Shown: piece by piece, positions 1 to 9,547 of the stretch | Numbering within the stretch: the first letter of the stretch is position 1 | Layout: each line of letters starts with the position of its first letter | Assembly (NCBI RefSeq): GCF_001194135.2 | Contig: NC_068991.1 | Location: forward strand, 8,555,252-8,587,265 | Reading direction: 5' to 3' | Source: Octopus bimaculoides | Taxonomy: Eukaryota | Length of the DNA stretch: 32,014 bases | Program-made: the position numbers and the translations under genes | The notes under the pieces: generated by a model | Databases searched by the model: none | What the model saw: the letters and a program-made list of their open reading frames with translations, nothing else | What the model was told of the DNA's origin: nothing

Positions 1-544
1 AATTTTAAAAAAAAAGGGTCATAAAAATCAATAAATAATTTTTTTGTTTTTTTTTTAAATGCTCATCAATGAAAAGCTGTGTGTGTATGTATGTGTGTAT
101 GTATGTATGTATATGTGTGTGTGTAAGTTAGTGTGTGGATGGAGCTGGACTGAGCAGCAGGAATTAAGACGGAGTTAAACTGTTGACACTGTTGAAGTCA
201 CATGACATAAAGTTATAAAGTTAGTGGGGCACAGAGAGAGAGAGAGAGAGGGAAAGAAGAGGGAGAGAAGAGGGTGAGTTAGTGAGAGAAGAGATGGTTT
301 GAGTGTGACTGGAAGGGAAAAACAGAGGCAAAGATATGGAACAAGGAACGAGAGAGAAAACCAGAAAGAGCTGAGAAAAGGGAACAGAAAATAGATGGGA
401 AAGGAGTGACAGGCTTTTAGGAGAAAGAGAGAGAGGTGAGTGAGCGAGGGTGTTAAGTGTGAAACTTGAGAGAGATGAGAACATTATTGATGTCAGATTA
501 TTTAAATTCATATTGTATGCATGAGTGCGATAGTGTACAGTTTA

Positions 545-940
545 TAAATTGTGATAATGAAGGCTTTACCATGTGAAATCACATATAGCTTAGTGTGTGA
601 TACTTTCAGTAATAACATTGGGTGTGATAATGTTTGCTTTACGGTGTGTGATAATATAAGGGATTACACAATGTGTATTATATATACTGCAGGCCTTACT
701 GTCCAATAAAGTAGGCTTTATACTGAGTGTATGTGTGCGTGATAACACCAAGTCGACAGAGTGCAGGGTGGCTGGGACAGTTGTAGTGCAATAACATTAG
801 ATTAACAAAGTGTGATAACTCTGGTTCAACAAGGTGTGATAACTCTGGGTCAACAAAGTGTGATAACGTCGTGTCAACGGTGTGATAATGTAGAATTTAC
901 AGAGTGTGATAAATGTCGCGTTGAAGAGCTTGATAATGTG
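545..940. repeat. Degenerate ~24-nt minisatellite with a conserved GTGTGATAA core
   Basis: TGATAA at 552, 625, 649, 740, 813, 837, 861, 883, 907, 931. The clearest units are at 804-875. Confidence 0.8.
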
Positions 941-1276
941 GACTTATAAGCAAACGGTACAAAAGGAAAAGAGAATGAAATGAAGGGAATATAAAACGAA
1001 GTAGGAAGACAGAAAAGAAACGGAAGAGAAAAAAAAACAAAACAGAATGATGAAGCATAGTAGTAGCAAAAAGAAAACAATGGAAGAAGGGGGAGTTAGA
1101 TCAACAATATTGCTAATGAATTATGGTCAAAATCTTGTATTGTAGATCGTTTTGAAATTAGGGAAACACAGAAAAGGAAATACATATTACCTTTTCTGAG
1201 CGAGAGAAAGAGGAAAATACGGTTGGATAGATTGGAAAACAGAATATAGAGACAAAGTATATATACACACTCACAT

Positions 1277-1307
<31 letters not shown>

Positions 1308-1599
1308 ATACAGAGAGAGCGAGATAGAGAAAACACATCAAGTTTGTCAGCAGATAGAAAAATTGGATGTTAGTGGTGGGGGTTTGGGGGAAAACATGGA
1401 CAATGCCAGCGTTAAATCAGTGGCTGAATTTTAGTCTGCAAGAAGTGATCTTCTGCAAGAGAGATCAGAGATGAAGCCAATGGTGTGGAATGATAAATCA
1501 CACAAAAAAGGGTGTGTTTCGAAGTTTTGACCAATTGCAATGACAGAATTCTTCTTCGTGGTGGATTGGATTTGTGAGATTTGGCGAAGGGTTTCAAGA

Positions 1600-1605
1600 T
1601 TTATT
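1600..1605 (-). promoter_or_regulatory. Candidate polyadenylation signal for TBC1D7
   Basis: First AATAAA on the minus strand after the stop, about 95 nt downstream. AT-rich DNA makes a chance hit possible. Confidence 0.35.
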
Positions 1606-1699
1606 TTCTCTCTAGAAATTTCAGCAAAAATGCAGCAGTAGGTAGGCGAGGAGCTTTTCTGTCAATTGCACAACATTTTGTTTGTCAAGTTCGATGAGT

Positions 1700-1768
1700 T
1701 CAAGTACTGTATTTTTGAAACAGACTCAATGCTTTGTTTACCAACACATCACCACTGTTGACCGAGAT
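1700..1768 (-). CDS. TBC1D7: TBC1D7 coding exon 6 (last, 69 nt including TGA)
   Basis: Acceptor ttgtttgtttttccag|ATC. Encodes ISVNSGDVLVNKALSLFQKYST* (cf. human [20 protein letters not shown]). The joined CDS is 867 nt / 288 aa with no internal stop. Confidence 0.9.
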   Translation of the reverse strand: MSVNSGDVLVNKALSLFQKYST

Positions 1769-1783
1769 CTGGAAAAACAAACA

Positions 1784-1824
<41 letters not shown>

Positions 1825-1870
1825 TAAATCAAAAGTGAAAAAAAAGCAAGAAAAAACAACAAAATTAAAT

Positions 1871-1966
1871 TGTACATTATTTACATTTGATGGATATTTG
1901 TCCTCATCTTGTTTGTTGTTAACACAACGTTTTGGCTGATATACTCTCCAGCCTTCATCAGGTGTC
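1871..1966 (-). mobile_element. Penelope-like pLTR remnant with a decayed minimal type I hammerhead
   Basis: Minus strand: GACAC-CTGATGA-A-GGCTG(10 nt)CAGCC-[A]AA-ACGT-T-GTGTT. Confidence 0.65.
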
Positions 1967-2014
1967 ATAGGAGAATTTCAAACCTGAGTTTTCATTCCTA
2001 AGGTATTTTTCCAA

Positions 2015-2052
<38 letters not shown>

Positions 2053-2361
2053 TCACTGCCTGGAATCCAAATCAGAATCTTGGTAGTAGCCTGCGCTCTT
2101 AACCACTACGCCATGTTTTTTTACAGCTGGATGCCCTTCCCAAATGCCAACCACTTTACAGAGTGGACTGGATACTTTTTACATGGCACCTGTGTTGGCA
2201 GGTTCACCAAATAGCTTTGCAAGACGTGGAATCTCTGAGAGGGAAGGGAGCATTGGAGGAGGTGATCTTGTGTCAGATGATGAAAGGTTAGAATGTGACA
2301 GAGAGACATAAACAGATGTCTTGCTGCAGAGGAGGTACATGATTACCCAGCCAGAGAAAGG

Positions 2362-2433
<72 letters not shown>
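2362..2433. repeat. (GA)n microsatellite
   Basis: Direct reading. Other simple repeats: (TA)16 at 1789-1820, (TTA)n 2017-2048, (TG)n 8979-9024, (TA)n 20112-20201, (TA)n 29368-29407. Confidence 0.97.
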
Positions 2434-2440
<7 letters not shown>

Positions 2441-2540
2441 AGAGGACGAGAGGGAAAGGAAGAGAGCAAGAGTTGGTTGTTTGGAATTTTGAACCCAGAA
2501 TAGGTTCCAGATTCCAATACAATAACCAAGTTCAACAGAA

Positions 2541-2636
2541 GACATCTGAAGAAGGCTGGAGTACGCAACAGCCAAAGCATAGTGAAAGCAATAATCAAGA
2601 TGAGGACTCAAGTCAGACAAACATAAGCAATATACA
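2541..2636 (+). mobile_element. Second, inverted Penelope-like/hammerhead remnant
   Basis: GACAT-CTGAAGA-A-GGCTG(10 nt)CAGCC-AAA-GCAT-A-GTG. Aligns ungapped to the 1966-1871 copy at about 68/96 positions (manual count). Confidence 0.6.
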
Positions 2637-2779
2637 TAATACAGATTCTTCATCTCAGAAACATAGAATCGTAGAATCCATAATTAATCTATAATTGATT
2701 CAAAATTTCTAGAGACAACAATAAAATAAAATTAGAAAAAGAAAACTCTCCACCTCCAGAAAAATTGGTAATGGCTTAC

Positions 2780-2909
2780 CTTTTTGAAATATTCTGAGGC
2801 TTCTTGAGAATTTTTCATATTTAATAAAGGCTGTTGGAATATGATGAAGATAGAAACAGCAACATAGACAAGGACCATACATCGACCACCAATCACTTTA
2901 TCCCATATC
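2780..2909 (-). CDS. TBC1D7: TBC1D7 coding exon 5 (130 nt)
   Basis: Acceptor ttgaacag|G completes Arg. Encodes IWDKVIGGRCMVLVYVAVSIFIIFQQPLLNMKNSQEASEYFKK (cf. human [21 protein letters not shown]). Donor AAG|GTAAGC, phase 0. Confidence 0.96.
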
Positions 2910-3047
2910 CTGTTCAATAAAAAATTTCAAGAGAAACATAAACGGTGTGTATAGCAAAGAATGAAATAATAATAGTAATCATAATAAAACATAATGATTT
3001 TTTTGGACTTTCCAGTACATACACCCAGGACTATTTAAGCTAAAAAG

Positions 3048-3109
3048 CTACCCCGATACTGCTAGCCTTGGTTTCGAATTTTGTCCCAAGGCTAGCAGTA
3101 TCGGGGTAG
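3048..3109. repeat. Perfect 24-bp inverted repeat with a 14-nt loop
   Basis: CTACCCCGATACTGCTAGCCTTGG (3048-3071) and CCAAGGCTAGCAGTATCGGGGTAG (3086-3109). Confidence 0.97.
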
Positions 3110-3323
3110 GAGTAAGTCGATTTCTTCAACCCCCAGTGCTCAACTGGTACTTATTTTATCAACCTCAAAATGATGAGAAGCAAAGTCAACTTTCGTGGAA
3201 TTTAAACTTGGACTGTAAAGACATGAAATGTCACAAAACATTTTGTCCAGCATTCTACTGATTCTGGCAGCTTGCCACCTTTAATAATAATCATAATAAT
3301 AATATAAGAAATTAATAGCATAC

Positions 3324-3469
3324 CGTTCAAATGAAGACTCCGGTAAAACTCCAGCAAAACAAGACTGGAACCATTCTGATAATGGAATAGCAATACTCTG
3401 TTCTTGTAATAATTCACACAACTTAGGATTGGCCTCTTCAAGTTTCAGGTAATATAAGACTGCATCAGG
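3324..3469 (-). CDS. TBC1D7: TBC1D7 coding exon 4 (146 nt)
   Basis: Not in the ORF track; translated by hand. Acceptor ctctttacag|CCT. Encodes PDAVLYYLKLEEANPKLCELLQEQSIAIPLSEWFQSCFAGVLPESSFE(R) (cf. human PKAFEQYLNLED...WFKRCFAGCLPESSLQR). Donor CG|GTATGC, phase 2. Confidence 0.95.
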
Positions 3470-3560
3470 CTGTAAAGAGTAAAAATATTTCCCTTGGGCT
3501 GGTTCTTGGATGGAATTGAATTTTATATTTTACATTCAGTTGAATTTTACATTCAACAAT

Positions 3561-3913
3561 GAAATATGGACACTGATAAAGAAATGATCAAGTGGGCTAG
3601 ATGGATGCTTCGAATGAATGCCTTTATCAAGACCTGCCGAAAGTTAACGAGAAGATCAAGCAAAGACGGCTGTGACTATCTGGTCACTGTGTGTGCCACC
3701 CTGAGCTGGAAGCATCCAAATTAGTCTTGTGGAACCCAATTCATAGTAATGTAAGAACTCTTAAAACATCATCCCACATTGACAACTTGATTGCAGACAC
3801 TGGACTGGAATGTATCCAGGACATCAAGGCAGTGATGATGGACTGAGAAGTGTGACAGGTGGACTTTGTTGCTGCCGCCTGGGCTGGAACCCAGCCATAA
3901 TAATAAATAATAA
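3561..3913 (+). mobile_element. Decayed 3' end of an RTE-clade LINE (ORF2 C-terminus plus (TAA)n tail)
   Basis: Translates with stops and a deletion to EIWTLIKK*SSGLDGC...DLPKVNEKIKQRRL*LSGHCVCHPELEASKLVLWNPIH...HIDNLIADTGLE...AVMMD*EV*, the typical RTE post-RT region. Ends in taataataaataataa. Antisense within TBC1D7 intron 3. Confidence 0.8.
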
Positions 3914-3945
3914 TTCAACATTTATACAAGATAAAACTAGGTAGG

Positions 3946-4169
3946 TTAACCCAAAAGCATCCACATTATTCAGTCAAAAGTAATACTCATTTATTCTGTT
4001 GTGTATTAATCATGCATAACATTGTAGCCATGAGATTTTGAAGAGGTAACTGTTAAATTTCAGAATGATAAAGTAGGGTTGGCACGAGAAGCTAGATCCG
4101 GCCAGTTTGATCATAAAACATGTAGAATATTTTGACCAGAAAGAGCTGCTTTAAAAGCTAAAAGGTTAA
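3946..4169 (+). mobile_element. piggyBac-like MITE (TTAA-CCC...GG-TTAA), full-length diverged copy
   Basis: Begins TTAACCCAAAAGCAT and ends AAGCTAAAAGGTTAA. The body aligns with four other copies in the window. The superfamily call rests only on the TTAA/CCC ends. Confidence 0.65.
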
Positions 4170-4703
4170 AAAAAATTTCTTTTTTTTCGCAATTTTAAAT
4201 GCATTTTATACTTCAGCAAAAATGGGATAGTTTTTGTTTGAGAATGATTTTTTTTTTTTCAATTAGAAGCACATTTTAACACTAAATACCTAACTGTGAA
4301 TAAGAAGTTAGAACTAGCAACCAGCCACAAAACTCTAGCAAGAAGAGCATTGTCTCTATTCAGAGGTATAACACCATAGCTAAATGTAGTAATCCAATGT
4401 AACCTTATAACCATTGAATTTCTCTAAATACAAAAAATGTTCAACCATAAATCATCATCATCGACATTATTATTATAATGTCCATTTTTCCATGCTTGCA
4501 TCAGTCAGACGGAATTCATTAAGACAGAATTTCTATGGCCAGATGCCCTTCCTGTCATCAACTCTCATCTGTTTCCAGGTCAACTCGATCAATCTGAGCT
4601 GATTTGGGGTTGGGGACGGTGTGGTGCGGAGTTACCTCAAACAACAACAAACAGCAAAATCCAAAACAATGGGAAACGAGATCAGGTTTTGAATGAATCT
4701 TAC

Positions 4704-4844
4704 CAGCAATTCTAATTGGTCTGTGCATTTTTGGACATGTCGATAGAACTGTGCAGTTATCCAAAATTGATCAATTGGATCATTAGTTAAATTAATCACA
4801 GCAGAGGACATGGAGCAGAATGTTCTATTTTGCAAAGGAATCAT
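4704..4844 (-). CDS. TBC1D7: TBC1D7 coding exon 3 (141 nt)
   Basis: Acceptor tgtcattttag|ATG. Encodes MIPLQNRTFCSMSSAVINLTNDPIDQFWITAQFYRHVQKCTDQLELL (cf. human [29 protein letters not shown]). Donor CTG|GTAAGA, phase 0. Confidence 0.9.
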
Positions 4845-4990
4845 CTAAAATGACAAAGGTTAAAGCAATTATTTAAAGACACAAAATCAAAAAGTAAAAT
4901 ATGTGACAAATTAGTCTTCAAATTCAAATATTTATTGTATTGGATTCTTAGAAAAATTGGTTTTATTTCTGGTGTGGGTGGGGTGGGAGT

Positions 4991-5217
4991 TTCCCATGTA
5001 CATATAAACTGGCCAGATCCAGCCAAAATATTCTTCCTGTTTTATGTTCAAAGTGGCCAGATCCAGCCTTTCACACCTACCCTACAATGTTAGCTTAAAA
5101 AATATATGGTCACTTAATCAAAATCTCAAAGCTATGAGATAATGCAGGATAAATTCAAAACGATGTGAATAAATATGCTTTACATTTGACAGAATAATCG
5201 TAATTCTAAAGGGTTAA
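4991..5217 (-). mobile_element. piggyBac-like MITE copy
   Basis: Same family (CTCACACCTACCCTACAATGT...CATTTGACAGAATAAT...TAAAGGGTTAA on plus). A partial opposite-orientation copy follows at about 5415-5544. Confidence 0.7.
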
Positions 5218-5647
5218 TCTTTTCTAATGTTATTTGCTTTATATTTTGCAGCTCTATTCTTCCTCTACCATTTTTGTTTATCACTTTTGGCAACAATCAC
5301 ACTCGGACGGTGCTCTTAGCGCTCCACTGGTATGGGTGCCATCACGATTTTGCTTTCAATTGCTCCAACAGGTCTTCGCAAGCCGAGTTTAGTGTCCAAT
5401 GAAGGAGACGTTGGTATGTGATTGTTTATTTTTAGAAGACATTGTAGGGTAGCTTCAAGAGGCCAGATGTGGTCAGTTTGAACACAAATAAAACAGATGG
5501 AATATTTGGGCCAGATATGGCTGGTTAAAATGATAAAGGGTTAAATCTGATATGAGGGTGGTACTTGCTGTTAGCATCATGTGAAACAATTTCATAAGGT
5601 ACATGTATAAAATGTTAATGGCTGTATACTAAAAAGAATTTTTTTAC

Positions 5648-5832
5648 CAGGTTTTTGTCTTCCAAAGGCAAAAGGTTTTCATTCAACAAATGCATTTTCA
5701 GGTATACTTCAGGTAATGGAGTTGAATCATCTACCCTTTCCATTACCCTCAAAGCATCGAAGAGATTTGTGTAGGTTTGTCTTCGAGCATCTTGAGCATA
5801 TTTATGAAGGGATCGCTCTGCTGGCCACACAC
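5648..5832 (-). CDS. TBC1D7: TBC1D7 coding exon 2 (185 nt)
   Basis: Acceptor ttcttaattccag|GT completes the Gly codon from exon 1. Encodes VWPAERSLHKYAQDARRQTYTNLFDALRVMERVDDSTPLPEVYLKMHLLNENLLPLEDKNL (cf. human ...[26 protein letters not shown]). Donor CTG|GTAAAA, phase 0. Confidence 0.94.
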
Positions 5833-6921
5833 CTGGAATTAAGAATCAGAATACATGATAATATTACCATAAATGTGACTGGAATCAGTTGTTAATACAT
5901 GAACCTGTTTAGTTTCACCTGAGTTTGTATACATTATAAATAGTTATAAGCTGCTAATCTCTCCAGGGAGCTAAAGTGGATACATGTCTATGATGAAGGT
6001 CCATGATTAATAGAAGTTAGTTAAGTCCAGTGTTGGATTAACCATTAAGCAAAATAAGAACATGTTTAAGACATCAAGGAAAGCAGGGCACCACAGAAAT
6101 GGTAAATGGTTTACGGCACAAAAGAAATGGTGTCATAGTGAGGATGTGATCAAAGACTTGGCAATTAAAAAAAGTACGAAACTTTTCAAATATAAATGAA
6201 GTGGAAAAACACAAAAATAAATATTATTCTCCAACTTATTGTTAGTTTTGTTTCAGTTTGAAAAATAAAAATTTATTTTATGATTTATTATTGTTTATAT
6301 TTTGAATTGCATATACATGGGGGTGCCCAAACCTTTGTAAGTGCTTAGGGCTTCTATGGGTCATAATGTGGCCCTGGTCAAACCCCACTTTTCCTGCCCA
6401 TTGAAGCAAGTAGTGTAAACAGTGTGTTTGCTTTTCACAGCAAGGCTAAAAATCTAATCTTTATCAAAAAAAAAAAAAAAAGATTTACTTATACATTCCA
6501 AAATATTCTCTCTAAGCATGTTGATATATAAATAGGTGCGTCCTGAAAAAGGTGCACTTTTAATCTTATATGATCTACTGACCTAATTAAATAACTTTAG
6601 CCAACACATCACAGCACATAATATATATCATCAATGTAAATGCAGAAAGCTGGCAGAACCATTAGCAAGCCCAGGGAAATACTTTGTGGTATTTTATCTG
6701 CCCCTATGCTCTGAGTTCAAATTCCACTGTGGTTGAATTTGTCCTTTCAGAATTGATAAAATAAGCACTAGTTGAACAGGGAAGTCAATGTAATCAACTT
6801 ACCCTGCTCCTGCAAAATTGCCAGTCTTATACTAAAGTGTGAAACCAATATATGTTCAGACTACTCTGTCAAATGTAATGCTTGTTGTTCACATTGTTTT
6901 GTTATTAATTAACCGTGCATT

Positions 6922-7110
6922 AAGGCATCAAGCTGGCAGAAACATTAGCATGATGGGGCAAAATGCTTAGTGGCATTTCGTCCGTCTTTATTTTCTGAGT
7001 TCAAATTCTGCCGAGGTTGACTTTGCCTTTCATCCTTTCGGGGTCGATGAATTAAGTACCAGTTGCGTACTGGGAGTCAATCTAATCAACTGAGCCCCTC
7101 CCCCAAAAAT
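6922..7110 (+). mobile_element. SINE family C (AGCTGGCAGAA...CTGAGTTCAAATTC...CCTTTCGGGGTCGAT..AAGTACCAGT), Meta-domain-like
   Basis: Multi-copy in the window. Other copies at about 6642-6850(+), 3071-3280(-), 10303-10529(-), 13876-14035(-), 14121-14310(-), 24263-24452(+), 27756-27964(-), 27982-28082(-). The domain name is a recalled similarity. Confidence 0.8.
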
Positions 7111-7357
7111 TCAGCATCGGTTGTCAAGCAATGTTGGGGAGGTCAAACACACACACATATACATACATACATATATATATATATATTTATGATGGACTCC
7201 TTTCAGTTTCTGTCTACCAAATCCACTCACAAGGCTTTGGTTGACCCGAGGCTATAGTAGAAAACACTTGTCCAAGGTGCCACGTGCCACGCAGTGGGAC
7301 TGAACCCAAAACCATGTGGTTTGTAAGCAAGCTACTTACCACACAGCTACTCCTACA
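7111..7357 (-). mobile_element. SINE family D, 5' two-thirds
   Basis: TTTCAGTTTCTGTCTACCAAATCCACTCACAAGGCTTTGG...GTGGGACTGAACCC...CTTACCACACAGC. Joined directly to the truncated family C copy at about 7110. Confidence 0.85.
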
Positions 7358-8068
7358 CCTTGTTTAGCAAGTGAGTTGTAATAACCCCACATTCATTTAA
7401 GCATACAATCACATAGGTACGTATACAGGTTGAGTGTACAACTCACTAAACAGGTAAAAAGTACAACTCACTGTTTTTTGCCCGTTTTTTTTTTTCTGCT
7501 TTTATTTTTGAAATTTCATTTGGCCATCTTAAGATAAACATGGGCATTCAGTTTAAATAAATACACTTTCAGAACAGGGACCAAGTACTTTTCTTCCTCT
7601 TTTGTTGATGGAGTAAAATATTTTCATCCCCTTCTTTTTTTTATTTTTTATTAACAAAAGCACTCAATACACGTTGTACGGTGTATTCATTTATTAATAG
7701 AAACCAAATTTTTATTGCTCGTGACTGGACTTGAGCATTATATTTTTGGCATCACTGCAATCATCAGACCTGAGGTATGAGTCACATGGAAAAGTAATTC
7801 AGTCCACACACACACACACACACACACACTTATTTTATCTTTTACTTGTTTCAGTCATTAGACAGCAGCCATGCAGGGGCACTGCCCTGAATTTTTGTTG
7901 ACTGAATGAACCCTAATATTTATTTTCTTTTTAAAGACTGGCATTTATTCTATCAGCTTCTTTTGCTGAACTGCTAAGTTACGGGAGTGTAAAAAACCCA
8001 ACATCAGTTGTTAAATGGTGGTGGTGGTGGTGGATGGGAGAAACACAGACACAAAGACACACACACAC

Positions 8069-8584
8069 ATTCTACCAGTTTTATGTTCAAACTAGCCAGA
8101 TTTGACCTCTCACACCCACCCGACAATGTCATCCTAGAAATAAATCATCACATCATCGAAATCTGAAAGCTACCAGATACAACATAGTTAATAAATACAC
8201 ATTTCATTGACAGAATACAGAGATCCCCTTCGGTCATGAATGACCATGGGATTGCACCTGGAATGTTACCCTCCGAGGCACAAGTCTGGGCAAGGTTGTT
8301 TGTTGAAGGCCAGCAATTGCCCATGCATACTAGCCTCGCCTCCCCTCTCCACTGATGTTATCCAAGGCAAAGGGGCCGATACAGCTTGGCACCTGTGATG
8401 TCGCAACTCATTTCTACAGCTGAGTGAATTGGAGCAACGTGAAATAAAGTGTCTTGCTCAAGAACATAACACACAGCCCGGTCCAGGATTCGAACTCACA
8501 ACCTCATGGTTGTAAGATCGACACTCTAACCACTGAGCCATGCACCTTCACTGACAGAATAATATGAATGCTAAAAGGGTTAAA
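8069..8584 (-). mobile_element. piggyBac-like MITE copy interrupted by the 8218-8551 SINE
   Basis: The halves rejoin across the SINE TSD and end in GAATGCTAAAAGGGTTAA. Confidence 0.75.
8218..8551 (-). mobile_element. tRNA-derived SINE, head B + tail Y, with 10-bp TSD
   Basis: Head GAAGGTGCATGGCTCAGTGGTTAGAG...GAGTTCGAATCC (A/B boxes) and a CORE-like CTTGAGCAAGACACTTTATTTC segment. Flanked by the direct repeat TGACAGAATA at 8208-8217 and 8552-8561. Confidence 0.9.
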
Positions 8585-8585
8585 A

Positions 8586-8889
8586 CAGGGATTCTCAACC
8601 ATTTTTTTTTTTACCTATGGACTGGGACCCCTTTGATTACTATTTTATTCTGGTGGACCCCATCGCCATTTGATGTTTAAAAACTAGTTTCATAGAAACT
8701 CCTTTCAAAATTCCTATTTTGTTCTTCACACATTAACTATGGAAAATGTTAGAGAAAGAAACCTAGCTGTTTCTTGCAATACATACATCTAATGCAAAAT
8801 TTTTTCAGGGGCCCTTAAAATACTATTGTGGATCCCCAAAATCTAATATGGACCCTAAGGGCCATATGGACCCTGGTTGAAAACCACTG
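8586..8889. mobile_element. hAT (Charlie-type) MITE with 8-bp TSD
   Basis: TIRs CAGGGATTCTCAACC and (reverse complement) CAGTGGTTTTCAACC, 12/15 matching. Exact 8-bp TSD GGTTAAAA at 8578-8585 and 8890-8897 with central TA. Confidence 0.9.
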
Positions 8890-8972
8890 GGTTAAAAGGA
8901 AGAAATCGTTGTTTAGACCCAGGTAAGCTCTGATTGAGCAAACACCAAACTGAAGGAATTCCAGTTGTGACC

Positions 8973-9029
<57 letters not shown>

Positions 9030-9037
9030 CGTGTGTA

Positions 9038-9405
9038 GGTGTGACTGTGTGGTAAGACACTTCCCAACCATATGACACCTTGGGCAAGTGTCTGCTACTA
9101 TAGCCACGGACTGACCAAAGCCTTGTGAGTAGATTTGGCAGAGGGAAACTGAAAGAAGCTCGTCGTATACATGTATACGTTTATATATATGTGTGTGTGT
9201 GTGTGTCTTTGTGTCTGTGTTTGCACCCCCAACCGGTGTTGGTATGTTTACGTCCCAGTAACTTAGCGGTTCTGCAAAAGAGTCGGACAGAATGAGTACC
9301 AGGCTTATAAAAAATAGGTACTGGGGTCGGTACGTACATTCGACTAAAAATTCTTCAACGTTGTTGCTCCAACATGACCGCAGTCTAAAGACTGAAACAA
9401 GTAAA
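9038..9405 (+). mobile_element. SINE family D (tRNA head, CORE-like CACCTTGGGCAAGTGTC, internal TA/TG microsatellite, tail GACTGAAACAAGTAAA)
   Basis: Multi-copy. Other copies at about 7111-7357(-), 7838-8068(-), 23638-23852(+), 25144-25561(-), 26046-27187(+, split), 28684-29055(+). Confidence 0.85.
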
Positions 9406-9547
9406 CAACAAAAGAAGATATCATATATATATATATATACATACATACAGAGTGTCCACAAGGTCTGGGTACATGGAGTAAATAAAATCATAACATAAAC
9501 AATTAAATATAAGAAATAATAATTTCTTAAAGTATGTATTAATCCCC

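Noticed and set aside
804-940. CRISPR-like repeat-spacer array
   Set aside because: Period is only about 24 nt, the spacers are related to each other, the context is eukaryotic and there are no cas genes. It is a decayed minisatellite.
1180-1660. Possible extra minus-strand exon ending at a donor-like AAG|GTAATA near 1190
   Set aside because: No ORF homology and no defined acceptor or start. It cannot be distinguished from TBC1D7 3' UTR or intergenic DNA without transcripts.
1738-1968. Two similar peptides (DEGWRVYQPK...QDED and EEGWSTQQPK...QDED at 2473-2694) suggesting a duplicated gene
   Set aside because: The similarity is explained by the two copies of the non-coding hammerhead/Penelope remnant. 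Divergence tracks RNA stem versus loop rather than codon position.
4971-4987. G-quadruplex-like GG-GGG-GGGG-GGG run
   Set aside because: Only three runs of 3 or more G, so at best a weak two-tier G4 with no supporting context.
5615-5830. ORF-track ends for TBC1D7 exons (e.g. ...VKKFFLVYSH, ...VSHYQFFW, ...RLFIFWRK)
   Set aside because: These extensions are intron read-through past good GT donors. Homology stops at the donors.
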